Shown: positions 15,781 through 29,780 of the stretch, piece by piece
Layout: the number at the start of each line of letters is the position of its first letter
Position numbering within the stretch: position 1 is the stretch's first letter
NCBI RefSeq assembly: GCF_006345805.1
Contig: NC_043001.1
Span: 99,696,001 to 99,760,000 of the forward strand
DNA length: 64,000 nt
Source: Octopus sinensis
Lineage: Eukaryota
Direction of reading: 5' to 3'
Notes under the pieces: generated by a model
Databases searched by the model: none
The model's input: only the letters and a program-made list of their open reading frames with translations
What the model was told of the DNA's origin: nothing
Position numbers and translations under genes: made by a program

Positions 15781-18464
15781 TTGCCGTTTTGTGCTATACT
15801 GTTATTACTAAGAGCCTCCTCTAATATGTGGCACTTGGTGAAGAATAGATTTTGATATAGCTACCCTCATTTGAACCTCTTGCCGTGAGGTAGGTTCATC
15901 TGGGACTCTTGACAGGAAGATGTCCAGCTTTGATTTAAAAACTGCTACATCTACTTTATGCAAGTTCCTCAGACTTTTTGGGAGAATATTAAAAAGTTGT
16001 GGGCCCTTGAAACCCACGCTGTTGCAGTAGCTGGTCCTGAAGCATGATGGCATTGCTGGGATCTTTGGCACTATGCAGTGTCGTCCTGTTCGAGCATTGG
16101 TGTAGCTTACAATGCTAAAATTTGGCACAATTCCTTCCGGGATCTTCCAGATATATATTACTGCATACCTCTCCCGTCTTCTCTCCAGGGAGTAGAGCCT
16201 TAGCTGTTTCAACCTTTCCAAGTAGCTGAGCTGTTGCAAAGAGACGATCTTCTCTGGATTGCTTCAATGTCCGCCGTTAATTTCACACTGGTGGGTGGCC
16301 ATAGCTGTGAGCAGTAATCCAGGCAGCTGAGGACGAATGTCCACCAGAGGACCATCATGGTTTCCTTATCTCTGGTTCTGAAGGTTCTTAGGAATCATCC
16401 AGCCAGTTGTCTGCATTTTATTGCCATCCTGGTAATGTTCACTTGGAAAGAGGTATCATCACTCATGTCGATACCCAGGTCCCTCACAGACTTAGGCTCT
16501 GGGATTGAAATTCCCTGTGGACTGGTGTACCCTGTAAGTTTAATATTTAGTTTTGGATACTGGCAGTGCAGGGCCTGTAATTTTTCAGCATTAAACTGCA
16601 TATTATTATCCTCAGCCCATCTGTATATTGAGTCCAACTCCTGCTGCAGGTGTGCAACATTGCTGGGGGTTCTGTATTTTCTGTGAGACTTTCATATCGT
16701 CTGCATAGCTTGCCAGAGTGGCTATCCGGGCATATCTAAAGGGCCATTATAAAAAGCAGTGGTCCCAAGACAGTGCCCCGTGGAACACTGCTCACTATTT
16801 GTGTGTTCATAGAGGTGGCTCCATTAACCACTACTGCCTGACTCCTATCTTTCAGGAAGTCATGTAACCACACTCCAAGTTTTCCAGCTATGCCGAGGTC
16901 ACACAGTTTGTGGCATATCATACCATGATCCACCTTGTCAAAAGCTTTTGCAAAATCAAGGTAGATTACATCCACATTTGATTTGTTAAGTAACTACCTC
17001 AGCAACCAGTCATAATGTTGTAAGAGCTGGGTCAGGCAGCTCCTGCCTGGTCAAAAACCATGCTGGGTATCACTCAGCAAGTTATTTTCCTCAAGGAATG
17101 CGATTAGTTTCTTTCTAACTATCCGTTCCATGACTTTGCTGATGTGTGAAGTCAGAGAGATAGGCCTATAGTTTTTGGCATCTGCTCTACTTCCCCCTTT
17201 ATGTATTGGGCATATTATTCTCTCCTTCAGCTTGCTTGGCAGTTTGCCATTTGTAAGAAAGCTCTGGAAGAGAATCTTGAAGGGTTTTGCCAGGGCATGC
17301 TTACACGCTTTGAGGAGGATTGCTGGGAAACCATCAGGACCATCAGTTGAGTTTGTGTCCACTTCATCTATGGTTAGTAGGACATCTTCTTCGCTAATGT
17401 CAATGTATTCTATTGTAACTGCCTAGCTGGTTATAGGTGAGGCGGCAAAGAAGTCCACTGGTTCATTCACTTGTCTGTGTTCCACTGGGGTGGTAAAGAC
17501 ACTTTTGAACTGGTCATTCAGTATCTCACTGATCTTAGTTGGACTGTCTGTGAGGGAGCCATCATTTTGGAGGAGGGGTCCTATCTTGTAGTGTACTGAG
17601 ACTATTTCTTTTGCGTAATGAAAGAAGGCCTTTGGTTTGATTAATGTGTTTATAACCCAGGCTTTCTTTGTCTGCTTTCTTCCTCACATAGGATTGTTGC
17701 AGCCTTTTTCGATCTCCATCAGTGTTGTTTTTAGGCGGGACATTTCACTACTTTTGGGATGTTGGTTGAGTCGATTTGCACCCTTCGTCCATCATCTCAT
17801 GAGGATCTTCCTGTCTCTTGGAATCTTTCTCCTATTTATTTTGGCCTTGTGCTCTGGGACATATTTCTGGCATACGGCTTGCACAGAAGACATGAAACAT
17901 TCTAGTTTCATGTCAATGTCTGGTGTGGAGAGACATTTCGGCCAGTCCTCTTTGAGTATCTCTTTTTGGATCGATTTCCAATCTGCTTTGTGAAAGTTCA
18001 GATTGGAGAGATTTCGGGTGCTTCCTTTAGGGGGGGCTGTATGTCTTTGGTTAGTTTTGGCCCAAACATAGACAACTTTATTATGTTGTGATCCGAGACT
18101 AATGTCGGTGTCACTTTCACATCATGAATGATGTCCATATTGTTCGTGAAGGAGAGATCCAGAATGCTATTCACCCTAGTTGGTTTGAGTACAACTTGCT
18201 CCATGAATAAGGCATTGGTGAGGTTGAGCAGGGACTCCACGTGTACTTGTTTCCAGTGATTCATTCCTGAGAGTATGAGACCTTCGGGCCATTTGACGTT
18301 GGGGAAGTTGAAATCACCCATAAGAAATATGGTCATGTGGTGTTCCAGATTCATGAGGACTTCTTTAATTCTTGTGAGGCAATCTTCAACATTTCCTATG
18401 TGATTTGGAGCATCCGTTGGGCAATATGTATTGCATATGACTGTATTTTGTTGTCTTATATATA
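15781..18464 (-). mobile_element. CR1/L2-group LINE, about 2.7 kb, decayed APE-endonuclease and RT ORF2
   Basis: ORF pieces FLMGDFNFPNVKW and SILDLSFTN (APE), GPDGFP...[57 protein letters not shown] (RT), ERRRERYAVIY (C-terminus); several frameshifts and stops. Confidence 0.95.
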
Positions 18465-18600
18465 CTTACTTGGCAGTTTTCCATTTGCAAGAAAGCTCTA
18501 GAAGAGAATCTTGAGGGGTTTTGCCAGGGCATGCTTACACGCCTTGAGGAGGCTTGCTGGGAAACCATCAGGACCAACATTTAAGTTTGTGTCCACTTCA
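18465..18600 (-). mobile_element. Second copy of LINE segment 17231-17366, fused to the truncated end of the LINE
   Basis: 136-bp near-duplicate in the same orientation. Confidence 0.85.
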
Positions 18601-19045
18601 TATATATATATATATAATTATATGCATATATATATAATTATATGTATATATATATAATTATATGTATATATATATATATATGTAGTTTATATATGTATAT
18701 ATATATAATTATATGTATATATATATATGTAGATGTATATATGTATATATTATATATATATGTATATATATATATATTTATATATATATGTATATATATA
18801 TATATAATTATATGTATATATATATATTTATATATATATGTATATATATATATATATTTATATATAGTATGTATATATATCTATATATGTATATGTATAT
18901 ATATTTATATATATATATGTATATGTATATATATTTATATATATATATATGATATGTATATATATTTATATATATATATGTATATGTATATATATTTATT
19001 ATATATATATGTATAGTATATATATTTATATATATATATGTATAT

Positions 19046-19076
<31 letters not shown>

Positions 19077-19166
19077 ATATATATATATGTATATGTATAT
19101 ATATTTATATATATATATGTATATGTATATATATTTATTATATATATATGTATATGTATATATATT

Positions 19167-19197
<31 letters not shown>

Positions 19198-19331
19198 GTA
19201 TATATAAGTATATATATATGTATATATAAGTATATATATATATATTTATATATATATGTATATATATGTATATTATGTATGTATATCGATATTATATATG
19301 TATATATATGTATTATATGTATGTATATCGA

Positions 19332-19364
<33 letters not shown>

Positions 19365-19817
19365 GATATATATATATAAATATAAATAGATATATAAATA
19401 TAAATACATTATAAATATAAATATAAATAGATATATAAATAGATATATATAAATACATATATATATATACATAAATAGATATATATATATACATAAATAG
19501 ATTATATATATATAATATATATTCATATGTAAATATATATATATAAATATAAATAGATATATATAAATATAAATATATATATATTTATCTATATAAATAA
19601 ATATATATATATAAATAGATATATATATATAATATATAGTTATATGTAAATATATATTATATATATATATAGATATATATATATATATATAAATAGATAC
19701 ACATTTATGTATATATATATATTTATATGTATATATAAGAAATTAAAAAAGGAAAATACGCATACTTACATAGTTTTAATATAATTTTTTATTTAATATA
19801 TATATATATGTGTGTGT

Positions 19818-19850
<33 letters not shown>
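18601..19850. repeat. (TA)n compound microsatellite
   Basis: Direct reading of the sequence. Confidence 0.97.
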
Positions 19851-19857
<7 letters not shown>

Positions 19858-20280
19858 CTATGTATAGTTAATCCAAAAATGAACAATCACAACAACACGG
19901 GACGTGGAATAAGTATAGTGTTATTGGACGCTCGGGAAAGTAAAGAAAGGATTTAACCTTTCGACAGAAAAAAAATCGCCAACGATACACAAGTGACTGC
20001 GTGTGTATCTATTTATATATATATATATGTATTTTTATATCTATACATATATATATTTATGTGTCTTATAGATATATATATATATTTATATCTATACATA
20101 TATCGATGTGTATATATGTATATTTTTATATCTATACGTATATATTTATATGTATACATATATATATTATATTTATGTATACATATGTATATTCGGATAC
20201 ATATTTATTTATAAATATATATTTATATAAATGTATGTAGTCATACATAGATTTATATAAATATATTTATATATTCACAG

Positions 20281-20380
20281 CAGGAAGTGCATATGAGGGC
20301 AGCGGCATCAAACTCTTTCATAAACCAAATGTCAATTTCTAAAATGATTTAGTGATGTAAAATTATGTAGCATCTCCAAA
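20281..20380 (+). mobile_element. CR1/L2-group LINE 3' remnant
   Basis: Translates as [23 protein letters not shown], compared with [24 protein letters not shown] at 23380-23455. Confidence 0.8.
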
Positions 20381-20699
20381 TGAGTTAAAGGCAGATCTAT
20401 TTCTGCCTTATAGCATGTAAAGAAAATGGTGTTGTAGAAATGTATGCAGCACGTGTACCAGAACAGTACAAGGCAGAGCTTAAATTCTGATATTGAAAAG
20501 CAGGGGTGACTTATGCCTACCTAATCTATGAAAAATAAAACATTTTGCCTGGTAATCAAAATAACCTTCATAATTTTATTGAATTAAGTACATATTATGC
20601 CATGAGTGAAAAATGTTGCCATCAATATATTGTATTCAATGTAAGCACTGCTACCTTGCTTATCTAGGTGCCATGTCCCTGGCATGTATGTGTTTCTGA

Positions 20700-20933
20700 G
20701 TATGTATGTGTGTATATATATATATATATGTGTATGTTTATGTATATATGTATATGTGTATATGTATATGTGTATATGTATATATGTATATGTATATATG
20801 TATATGTATATATGTATATGTATATATGTATATATATATGTATATGTATATATGTATATATGTATATATATATGTATATGTATATATGTATATATATAGT
20901 ATATATATATATATGTATATATATGTATATATG

Positions 20934-20966
<33 letters not shown>

Positions 20967-21371
20967 GTATATATATGTATATATGTATATATATATATAT
21001 ATGTATATATGTATATATATATGTATATATGTATATGTGTATATGTATATATGTATATGTGTATATGTGTTATTGTATATATATATATATGTATATATGT
21101 ATATATGTATATATGAATATGTATATATATGTATATATATGTATATATGTATATGTATGTATATATATGTATATGTATGTATATATATGTATATGTATGT
21201 ATATATATGTATATGTATGTATATATATGTATGTATGTATATATATGTATATATGTATATATATGTATATATATTATGTATGTATATGTATGTATGTATA
21301 TGTATGTATATATATATATATATATATATATACGTATGTATATATATGTACGTATATATATATATGTATGT

Positions 21372-21425
<54 letters not shown>

Positions 21426-21751
21426 GTGTATACTTTGATACTTTGATAGGTTTCGGCCATTATTGGCCCAGGCCATGTCTAACTTAATAGCACCACCTGG
21501 TGAAGTCTTTCAAGTCAGAATTTGGGCACTATGGCCCACTCAAGTAGATGTATATATATATGTGTATATATGTATGTATATATATATGTGTATATATGTA
21601 TGTATATATATATATATGTATATATATGTATGTATATATATATATATGTATGTATATATGTATGTATATATATATATGTATATATATGTATGTATGTATA
21701 TATATATATGTATGTATATATATGTATATGTATGTATATATATGTATGTAT

Positions 21752-21789
<38 letters not shown>

Positions 21790-21920
21790 TATAAGTATGT
21801 ATATATATGTATGTATATATATATGTATGTATATATATATGTATGTATATATGTATGTATATATGTATATATATGTATGTATATATGTATATATATGTAT
21901 GTATATATATATAATTTTTT
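20700..21920. repeat. (TA)n/(TATG)n microsatellite with a short unique island at about 21440-21545
   Basis: Direct reading of the sequence. Confidence 0.95.
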
Positions 21921-22050
21921 TTTCTAGGTTCAGCTCAGAGCTGCGGCCATGCTGATGCACCGCTGTTTTGTGCTACACTGTTATTATGACGATCCTCGTC
22001 TAATATGTGGCACTTGGTGAAGAATGGAGTTTGATACAGCTACTCTCATA
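21915..22050 (-). mobile_element. CR1/L2-group LINE extreme 3' end with stem-loop and A-tail
   Basis: [21 protein letters not shown] matches the 15808 copy; tail cagcatggccgcagctctgagctgaacctaga(A)n. Confidence 0.85.
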
Positions 22051-22080
22051 TGTATATATATATATATATATGCATATATG

Positions 22081-22111
<31 letters not shown>

Positions 22112-22445
22112 GTATGTATATATATATATATGTATGTATATATATATATGTATGTATATATATATGTATGTATATATATATGTATGTATATATATATGAA
22201 TGTATATATATATATGTATGTATATATATATGAATGTATATATATATATGTATGTATATATATATGTATGTATGTATATATATATATGTATGTATGTATG
22301 TATATATATATATGTATGTATATATATATGAATGTATATATATATGTATGTATGTATATATGTATGTATGTATATATGTATGTATATGTATATATATGTA
22401 TGTATATATATATGTATGTATGTATATATATATGTATGTATATAG
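22051..22445. repeat. (TATG)/(TA) microsatellite
   Basis: Direct reading of the sequence. Confidence 0.97.
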
Positions 22446-23542
22446 TGAGCGGTATTCCGCAGGGCACTGTTTTGGGACCACTACTGTTCATAATGGCCCT
22501 CTCAGACATGAACTCAGCCACGCAGAGAGCCACGATCACAAGTTATGCGGATGATACAAAAGTTTCACAGGCAATACAGAACCCTGAAGACACTAAACAC
22601 CTGCAATGTGAGCTGGACAAAATATACAAGTGGGCTGAAAAGAATAGCATGCAGTTCAATGCTGAAAAGTTTCAAGCTTTATGCTATCAGCATGCAAAAC
22701 TAAATGCAATACCCAATGAATACACTGGACCCGGAGGGATTGCAATCCCGGAGGCACAATCAGTGCGTGACCTGGGTAGTTACATGAGTGATGACGCAAC
22801 CTTTCATGTACATGTTGCTAAATTGGCAATGAAATGTAGATGACTGGCCGGATGGATTCTTAGCACCTTTAGAACAAGAGAACAAGAAACCATGATGGTC
22901 CTCTGGAGGACACTTGTCCTAAGCCACTTTGACTATTGTTCTCAGCTATGGTCACCATCCAGTGTCAAGTTGATCACAGAACTTGAGGTGATCCAACGAA
23001 GCTACACGAAGAAGATAGCCTCTGTGCAGCATATAAGCTCCTGGGAAAGACTCAAGAGATTAAAACTCTATTCCTTGGAGCGTAGGCGAGAAAGATATGC
23101 CATAATATACATCTGGAAGATCCTGGAAGGACTTGTCCCAAACTTTGGCATCGAGAGTTACACAAATGCCAGAACTGGGTGCCACTGCGTGGTGCCAAGG
23201 ACTCCAAATTTGCCATCAAGATGTAGGACAAGATACTGTGATAGCCTGGGCTTCAGAGGCCCACAGCTCTTCAATATCCTCCCGAAGAACCTGAGGGACC
23301 TGCATGGGGTGGATGCAGATGTCTTTAAAGTAGGACTGGATCTCTTCCTGTCAGGTGTCCCGGATGAACCAACTTCACGGCAGGAGGTGCAGATGAGGGC
23401 AGCTGCATCGAACTCTCTCATGCACCAAATGGCAGTTGCTAAAAAGCATTCGTGAAGTAAAATCATGTAGCAACACCAAATGGCGGTGCCCCAGCATGGC
23501 CACAGCTCGAGAGCTGAAACTAGATAAAATAAAAAAAAAAAA
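22446..23542 (+). mobile_element. CR1/L2-group LINE, 5'-truncated, RT C-terminal half to poly-A
   Basis: [43 protein letters not shown]; a single in-frame TGA near 22841; ends in a stem-loop and A-run. Confidence 0.95.
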
Positions 23543-23574
23543 ATATATATATATATGTATGTATATATATGTAT

Positions 23575-23648
<74 letters not shown>

Positions 23649-23693
23649 ATATATGTATATACACGTATGTATATATATGTATATATATATATG

Positions 23694-23731
<38 letters not shown>

Positions 23732-23863
23732 TATGTATATATGTGTATGTATATATATATATATGTATATATATATGTATATGTATATATGTATATATAT
23801 ATGTATATGTATATATGTATATGTATATATGTATGTATATATATGTATATATATATATATATG

Positions 23864-23900
<37 letters not shown>

Positions 23901-23924
23901 GCATATATATATGTATATATATGT

Positions 23925-23964
<40 letters not shown>

Positions 23965-24645
23965 GTATATATATATATATATATATGTAATATATATGTA
24001 TATATATGTATATATGTATATATATGTATTATATAATATGTATGTATATATATGTATATATGTATGTATATATATGTATATATATATATGTATATATATG
24101 TATATGTATATATATATGCATATATATGTATATATATATATGTATATATGTAGATATACGTATATATATGTATATATGTAGATATATGTATATATATATG
24201 TATATATGTATATATATATATGTATATATGTATATGTACATATGTATATATATATATATGTATTATGTATATATATATATGTATATATGTATATATATAT
24301 GTATGTATATATATATATATGTATATATATATGTATATATATGTATATATGTATATATATATGTATATATATTTATATGTATATATATATATATGTATAT
24401 ATATATGTATATATATATGCATATATATATGTGTATATATATATACATGTATATATATATATACATGTATATATGTATATATGTATATATATGTGTATAT
24501 GTATATATATGTATATATGTATGTATATGTATACACATACGCATTTACATAAATTTATATATACATATTTATAAACATATATTTATATATATACATATAT
24601 ATGTGTATATGTATCTGTGTATGTATGTATGTATGTATGTATATA
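23543..24645. repeat. (TA)n/(TATG)n microsatellite
   Basis: Direct reading of the sequence. Confidence 0.97.
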
Positions 24646-26226
24646 ATATTTGCACCCATTCTTTTTCAATGCTACATATGAAAGTGGATGATTACTTAAA
24701 GAGCCATGTCATGGAGGAATTTGTAGCTGTAATACAGTGAGAGAAAAAAAATCTAATAGTAAAATCAATCTATAAATCATTTTGCAATTTGGCTGTCTCT
24801 CTCTTTTGCTTATTGCTTTTATACAGATCTTTGTGTGCATGTATATGTAACTTTGTATGATTGTATCCATATGCTTCAATCTTGCCATATTACATGGCAA
24901 CTTTAAAAAATAAAAACACCAAACAAAGCTTAACAATAGAAGAAATATACATAAAAAGAAACAATAAAAAAAACCCTTAAAGGATGATGATGATGATAGT
25001 AATAATAATAGTAATAAATGATAATAATAATGTTAGTAATCAGAAGAATTATAATCCACTTTTTTCGGTTTTTTGATCCCTGAAAAATAGTTTCAAAAAA
25101 TGATTTTTTATAAAATTTCTATAATTTCTGCTGTCCTTGTTATGTGTACTTATTTGAGTTTGCTTCTTTCCTTTATGTAACCATTAAAACATTTGTGAAT
25201 ACATACATATATAATATGAAATTTACTTTATCAAATTTCTGTATTGCTGTTCAATATATTTTATATTTTAAAGGAACTGTGTATGTAGGTAGATGTGTGT
25301 CTGTAAATAAGTGGTAGTGTTCTTCTGAGAGTAGTGTTTTTGTTTTTAATTTAGAGGAAAGGTGGTTTAGATATTTACTTTATATCATATCGCAGTAATC
25401 CTCCTCTATTCAATTATTCCTTCCTTCTCCCTAAACAATACACACCACCACTGATAGTGAAAAAATATGTTAAATGAAAATAATGGCAACAACAGTTCAT
25501 TCTTTTCTTTTATCTGAGCTTGTTATTTGTTGTGCATTCTTTCTCATGGAATTTTTCTTCCATGTTTTATGACACCGTTAAAAATTATTACCAAATAATA
25601 ATAATATCTAATGAATAAATAACTTTATTTACCCAGTTTCAATGATCCATTATAGTGATTGAGTGTCTGTGTGCCTGCTTATGTTTGCATGCGTGTACAT
25701 GGAAGTGAGTAGCTGATGCATATAGGAATTTATAGACATGGTTTTATGTTCAGTGGCTTCAAATATTTCCTGCATCTTCCTCTTTGCTTTCTTTCTAATT
25801 AAAAAATATTGTTTTCCTTTTTTTTCAAAAGATTTTCTTTCAAAATTTCCATACCTATATTCTTCATGCATGTGTGCGTGCATGTGTATGTACATACGTG
25901 AGTGTATGTATAGTGAGAGAAAGAGAGAGAGAGAGAGAGACTGGTTTCCATCTGTAACTCTAAATACATCTCATATCTTATTAATGCTACACTGTTCCTA
26001 AGTCAACTTGTCAAGTACTATAACAGAAAAAAAATAAATATTAAAAATATAATTAAAAAACACTTCTTTGTGTGCCAACTTCTTTTCCAATAACAAATTT
26101 ATCCTAGATTGTCACTTTCTTTTTTTTTTTAAATATTTTTTTTTCTTCAATTGAACTGTCTCCATTAAACAAAAATTAAGGAGTTGTTTCGATTTTATTG
26201 AAATATATTTCTTTTAATCTTTAGAT

Positions 26227-26496
26227 TCAAAGTAAGCCAATGGAGATTATAAGAATAAAAATAAGAGTTAGACATGGTGCTCTTGGAGGATTTGCAGTTC
26301 CTGTATAATAGGTACGTGGATAAATCTTTATCTGTACTATGGTGGTTGTAGTCTTTGAGCAAGGTTGTGGGGTATGTATTGGACGTTTTTTACATAACTG
26401 TTCTGATGGAGGCCGAAGCCAAATATGAATTCCATTGATTTGGAAATTTTTATTCAACATACATGCTGGTAAATAATCTTTCTGAAGTCCAGTGAA
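26227..26496 (-). CDS. Terminal coding exon (FTGLQKDYLPACMLNK...IHIWLRPPSEQLC...APCLTLIFILIISIGLL*) with a GPI-signal-like tail
   Basis: Inside ORF 26227-26535. Acceptor ttgtttttgcag|TTC, phase 0 matches the previous exon. 89 codons + TGA. Confidence 0.88.
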   Translation of the reverse strand, partial: FTGLQKDYLPACMLNKNFQINGIHIWLRPPSEQLCKKRPIHTPQPCSKTTTTIVQIKIYPRTYYTGTANPPRAPCLTLIFILIISIGLL

Positions 26497-27425
26497 CTGC
26501 AAAAACAAATAAAAAAACAAATAAATAACAAGCATATATCAATATTTGAAAAATATCTATGCATATCAAACAAAATGATGCCAAAAATGATCTGCCATTC
26601 AAGCCAAAAGGAATGAAGCTGTTCCATTTCTTTTATGATTTTGCCCCTTTTCTTGGTGATTGCAGTGCTCTTATCCCTGGAACAGTATCTTGGATATGAG
26701 CTAAAATCCATTCCTTGTCATGAATAGTTGTAAATACCATTGTCCATTGAGCCATAAACATGAGCTATTACTACCATCTTTTCACCTTTTCATAGTGTTT
26801 GATTAGTGCCATTTTATCATCCAAAGGAACGGTATAACATTGAAGGATCACCAGGATTATATTTAGAGGTAGGGCTTTTTCTGTGGGCATGGTGGATTAA
26901 GAAAAGCACAAATTTATACACAGCAAACATAAATGCATGCTTGAATTTCCTGGTACACACTACAATGCTACCTTACAGTGGATTGCTAGAACTATTGGTC
27001 CTGTTAACCATGTAAATAGTCTAAGCTTTGTAATATGTATATTTAAAAAAAATATTAGCGTTGATCTGCTTTAATCAATAATTTGCTCATATTTTCATAT
27101 GTATTTTATTTGATTTTCCACTCCAATACTGGTTTTTTAAAAAAAAATTTATTCTTTTAAATACGTTTGCTGACACAAACAGAATGTCAGATAAATTGAC
27201 TGAAGTTGAGGTTTATTTTTTTCCATTAATTTCTTTAACAGCAAACAGTGTACATCACCTAGTGTCAGCAAGGTAGAAGGGACACCAGTTCAATGATCTC
27301 AGGTTACTATGTTTACATATCGTAGCCATTTGTGAGACAAGAATTTTGAAAATGAAATTACTCACCCTGCTTCTGAACAGTTACAAGGGTGTATTCATTT
27401 ATCTTGATATGAACGCATGGAATAT

Positions 27426-28345
27426 TCATCATCATCATTATACATTTGTTTTCCATGGGTTGGACAGTTTGACAATAGCTGGCCAGTGGAAGAGCTGTCC
27501 AGGCCCCACTTGTCTGTTTTGGCATGGTTTCTAATGGCATGATGCCCTTCCTAACACCAACTACTTTACAGTGTTTACTGGGTGCATTTTACAGGGCACC
27601 AGCACAGGTGCTTTATATGTGCTACTGGCACAGATGCTTCGTACATGGCACCTGCATGGATGATTTATAAGTGGTACTAGCACAGGGACTTTGTACTTGG
27701 CTCTGAACAAGTGCTTTTCTGCATGACACTGGTACAGGTGCTTTTTATGTGACACTGGCATTGGTGCTTTCATGTGACGCCATCACTTGTGGACCCTCAG
27801 GACAAGGATCACTTGGCTGATAGAGGAATGTGCTTGTATGTTTAGATGGACAAGATTTTACTTAGCTCAATGTGTCTTCCCAAGCACAGCAAAGCTCCAG
27901 AAGCTTTGATACCTTGTCATCTCCTCAGTGAAGCTTAGCATCTGAAGATCCTTTCTCACCACTTCATCCCATTTGTCTATTTTCCTACTTACTAGGACTT
28001 TGCTCCATCAACTCTAAGGCCCTTAGCTTCTAGACCTTGCTTCCACACTTGAAATTTCTGTAACTTTGATAGCAATTCAGTAATAAGAACTAGGTCATCA
28101 GCATAGAGGAGCTCCCAAGGGCAGCTAGTCTTAAATTCTTGTTATGGCCTGGAGGACTATCATAAACAAGAGAGGGCTGAGAACCAATCACTGGTGTACT
28201 CGTACACTAAATTCCTTGCTATACTCATTGCTGACTTCAAGGTGTCCAGCAATCAATAGTCAAGAAGTACTGTAAAGAGAAGCAAATTCCATTTGAGATT
28301 CTCTTTTAGCTGCCTGCAAAATGTCATTGACTTTCATCATAATAT
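27426..28345 (-). mobile_element. RTE LINE 3' fragment with internal deletions
   Basis: Reverse complement of CPWELLYADDL (gagctcctctatgctgatgacc) near 28100-28130; (GAT)n tail at 27426-27438. Confidence 0.85.
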
Positions 28346-28399
28346 CACTCTTGTTTACATACCTCCTAACACCCCACTTCTTTACTGCAGCCTATGGAC

Positions 28400-28960
28400 C
28401 AGACTAGCATGTCTAACTTAAGTGTTCAGGCAGGATGTAACAGCAACTGAAATGGAAGAAGGCACTACACTCTATGATTTTTGGAAGACATAATATTTGT
28501 AAGGCTATTCTTAGTATCAACTCAGCATGGAAGGATGTATCAGAAATGTTTATGAATGCCATTTGGAAGACACTGAGCATCTGATTTGAGGACAATTTCA
28601 AAAGCTTTGACTGTTCAGATGCAAAAAGAGGATAGCCTTGTTGAAAGAAGTAGAAATGGGAGGAAGAAGATTTCAAGGCATTAATTGATGCTGTCATAGA
28701 ACCACTCACAAATGAAGAGTTAATGGAGCTTCAGGAACAGACACAATGAGAAGAGCAGCAACCAGAATGAGAACAAAAACATTTCATCACTAAAATGCAG
28801 CAGGCTTTTATGTATATTAAGAAATTACTAGCCATTTTTGAGGGGTTGGATCCTGATCCTAAGTGCTTGGCTAAAGTTATGGGGGCTCTTCACAACACTT
28901 ATGCTCCTTAGTGGGTTATCCTAAATAATAAGAGTAAAACTATTTAACCATTCTAGACAA
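28400..28960 (+). mobile_element. pogo/Tigger-like transposase C-terminal remnant
   Basis: Pieces translate as TLYDFWKT, AILSINSAWKDVSEMFMNAIWK and EPLTNEELMELQEQ, typical of Tigger C-termini. Confidence 0.7.
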
Positions 28961-29780
28961 GTTCTTGCAGCACATTGAAAGTTGACTGTCTGAATTGGAA
29001 ACATCTGATGGTTAACCTATTCCCTTGACATCAATATCAATGCTGTAATCCATGCTTCTCCTCCAACCTCCTTTTCTGGCCACTCAAGCACATTGAAAGC
29101 AGCAATCAGGTAAATGATTTTCTATATTTTTTATTCTTTGGTTCTTTTATTATTTCTTGACATTCACAATTTTTTATTTGTATTTAAATGTTTAAAATAC
29201 AATATTCTATACCAGCTTGAAGTCTTTCTTTTAATGAATTTCAATGATTTTTTTTATTTGATTTTTATTTTTTCCTGTCATGTCATGTTTGTGAGTTGTC
29301 ATATTTTTGAAGCAAACACCGGCATAAGTTGAGATACACCTGTACGCATTTGTTTAAAATATCAGGTGAAATTTGTTGAGGTAGTCTATCCTTCTTGTTG
29401 CCATCAAGTTAATGTTTCCAAGTAAATTTCCACAAGGCCAGACGTGTTTCCACAGGCTAGAAATGAATGGCATTGCCTGTAGTATGATGATGATGATGAT
29501 GATGCATGCTTGCAATAGGTGCATGATATCAAGACAGGGTATAGACAAACGCATGCACACACACATACACACATCTATATAAACCCATGTATACATAGAC
29601 ACACAATGGGACTCTTTCAGTTTCTTTCCACTAAGTCCATTCAATAGGTTTCGGTCAGTACATAGCTGCATGTGGAAGAAACATGCCCAAGATACCATGT
29701 GGTTGGCTTGAACATGAGACTACATAACTTTACCATACATCAGATACATGCATAAACATACATGCAGGTTTATGTATGTA

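Noticed and set aside
24900-26226. Defining the 3' UTR end and polyA site of the host gene
   Set aside because: Several AATAAA candidates (e.g. 25624-25629 on the minus strand) in very AT-rich DNA; cannot choose without transcript data.
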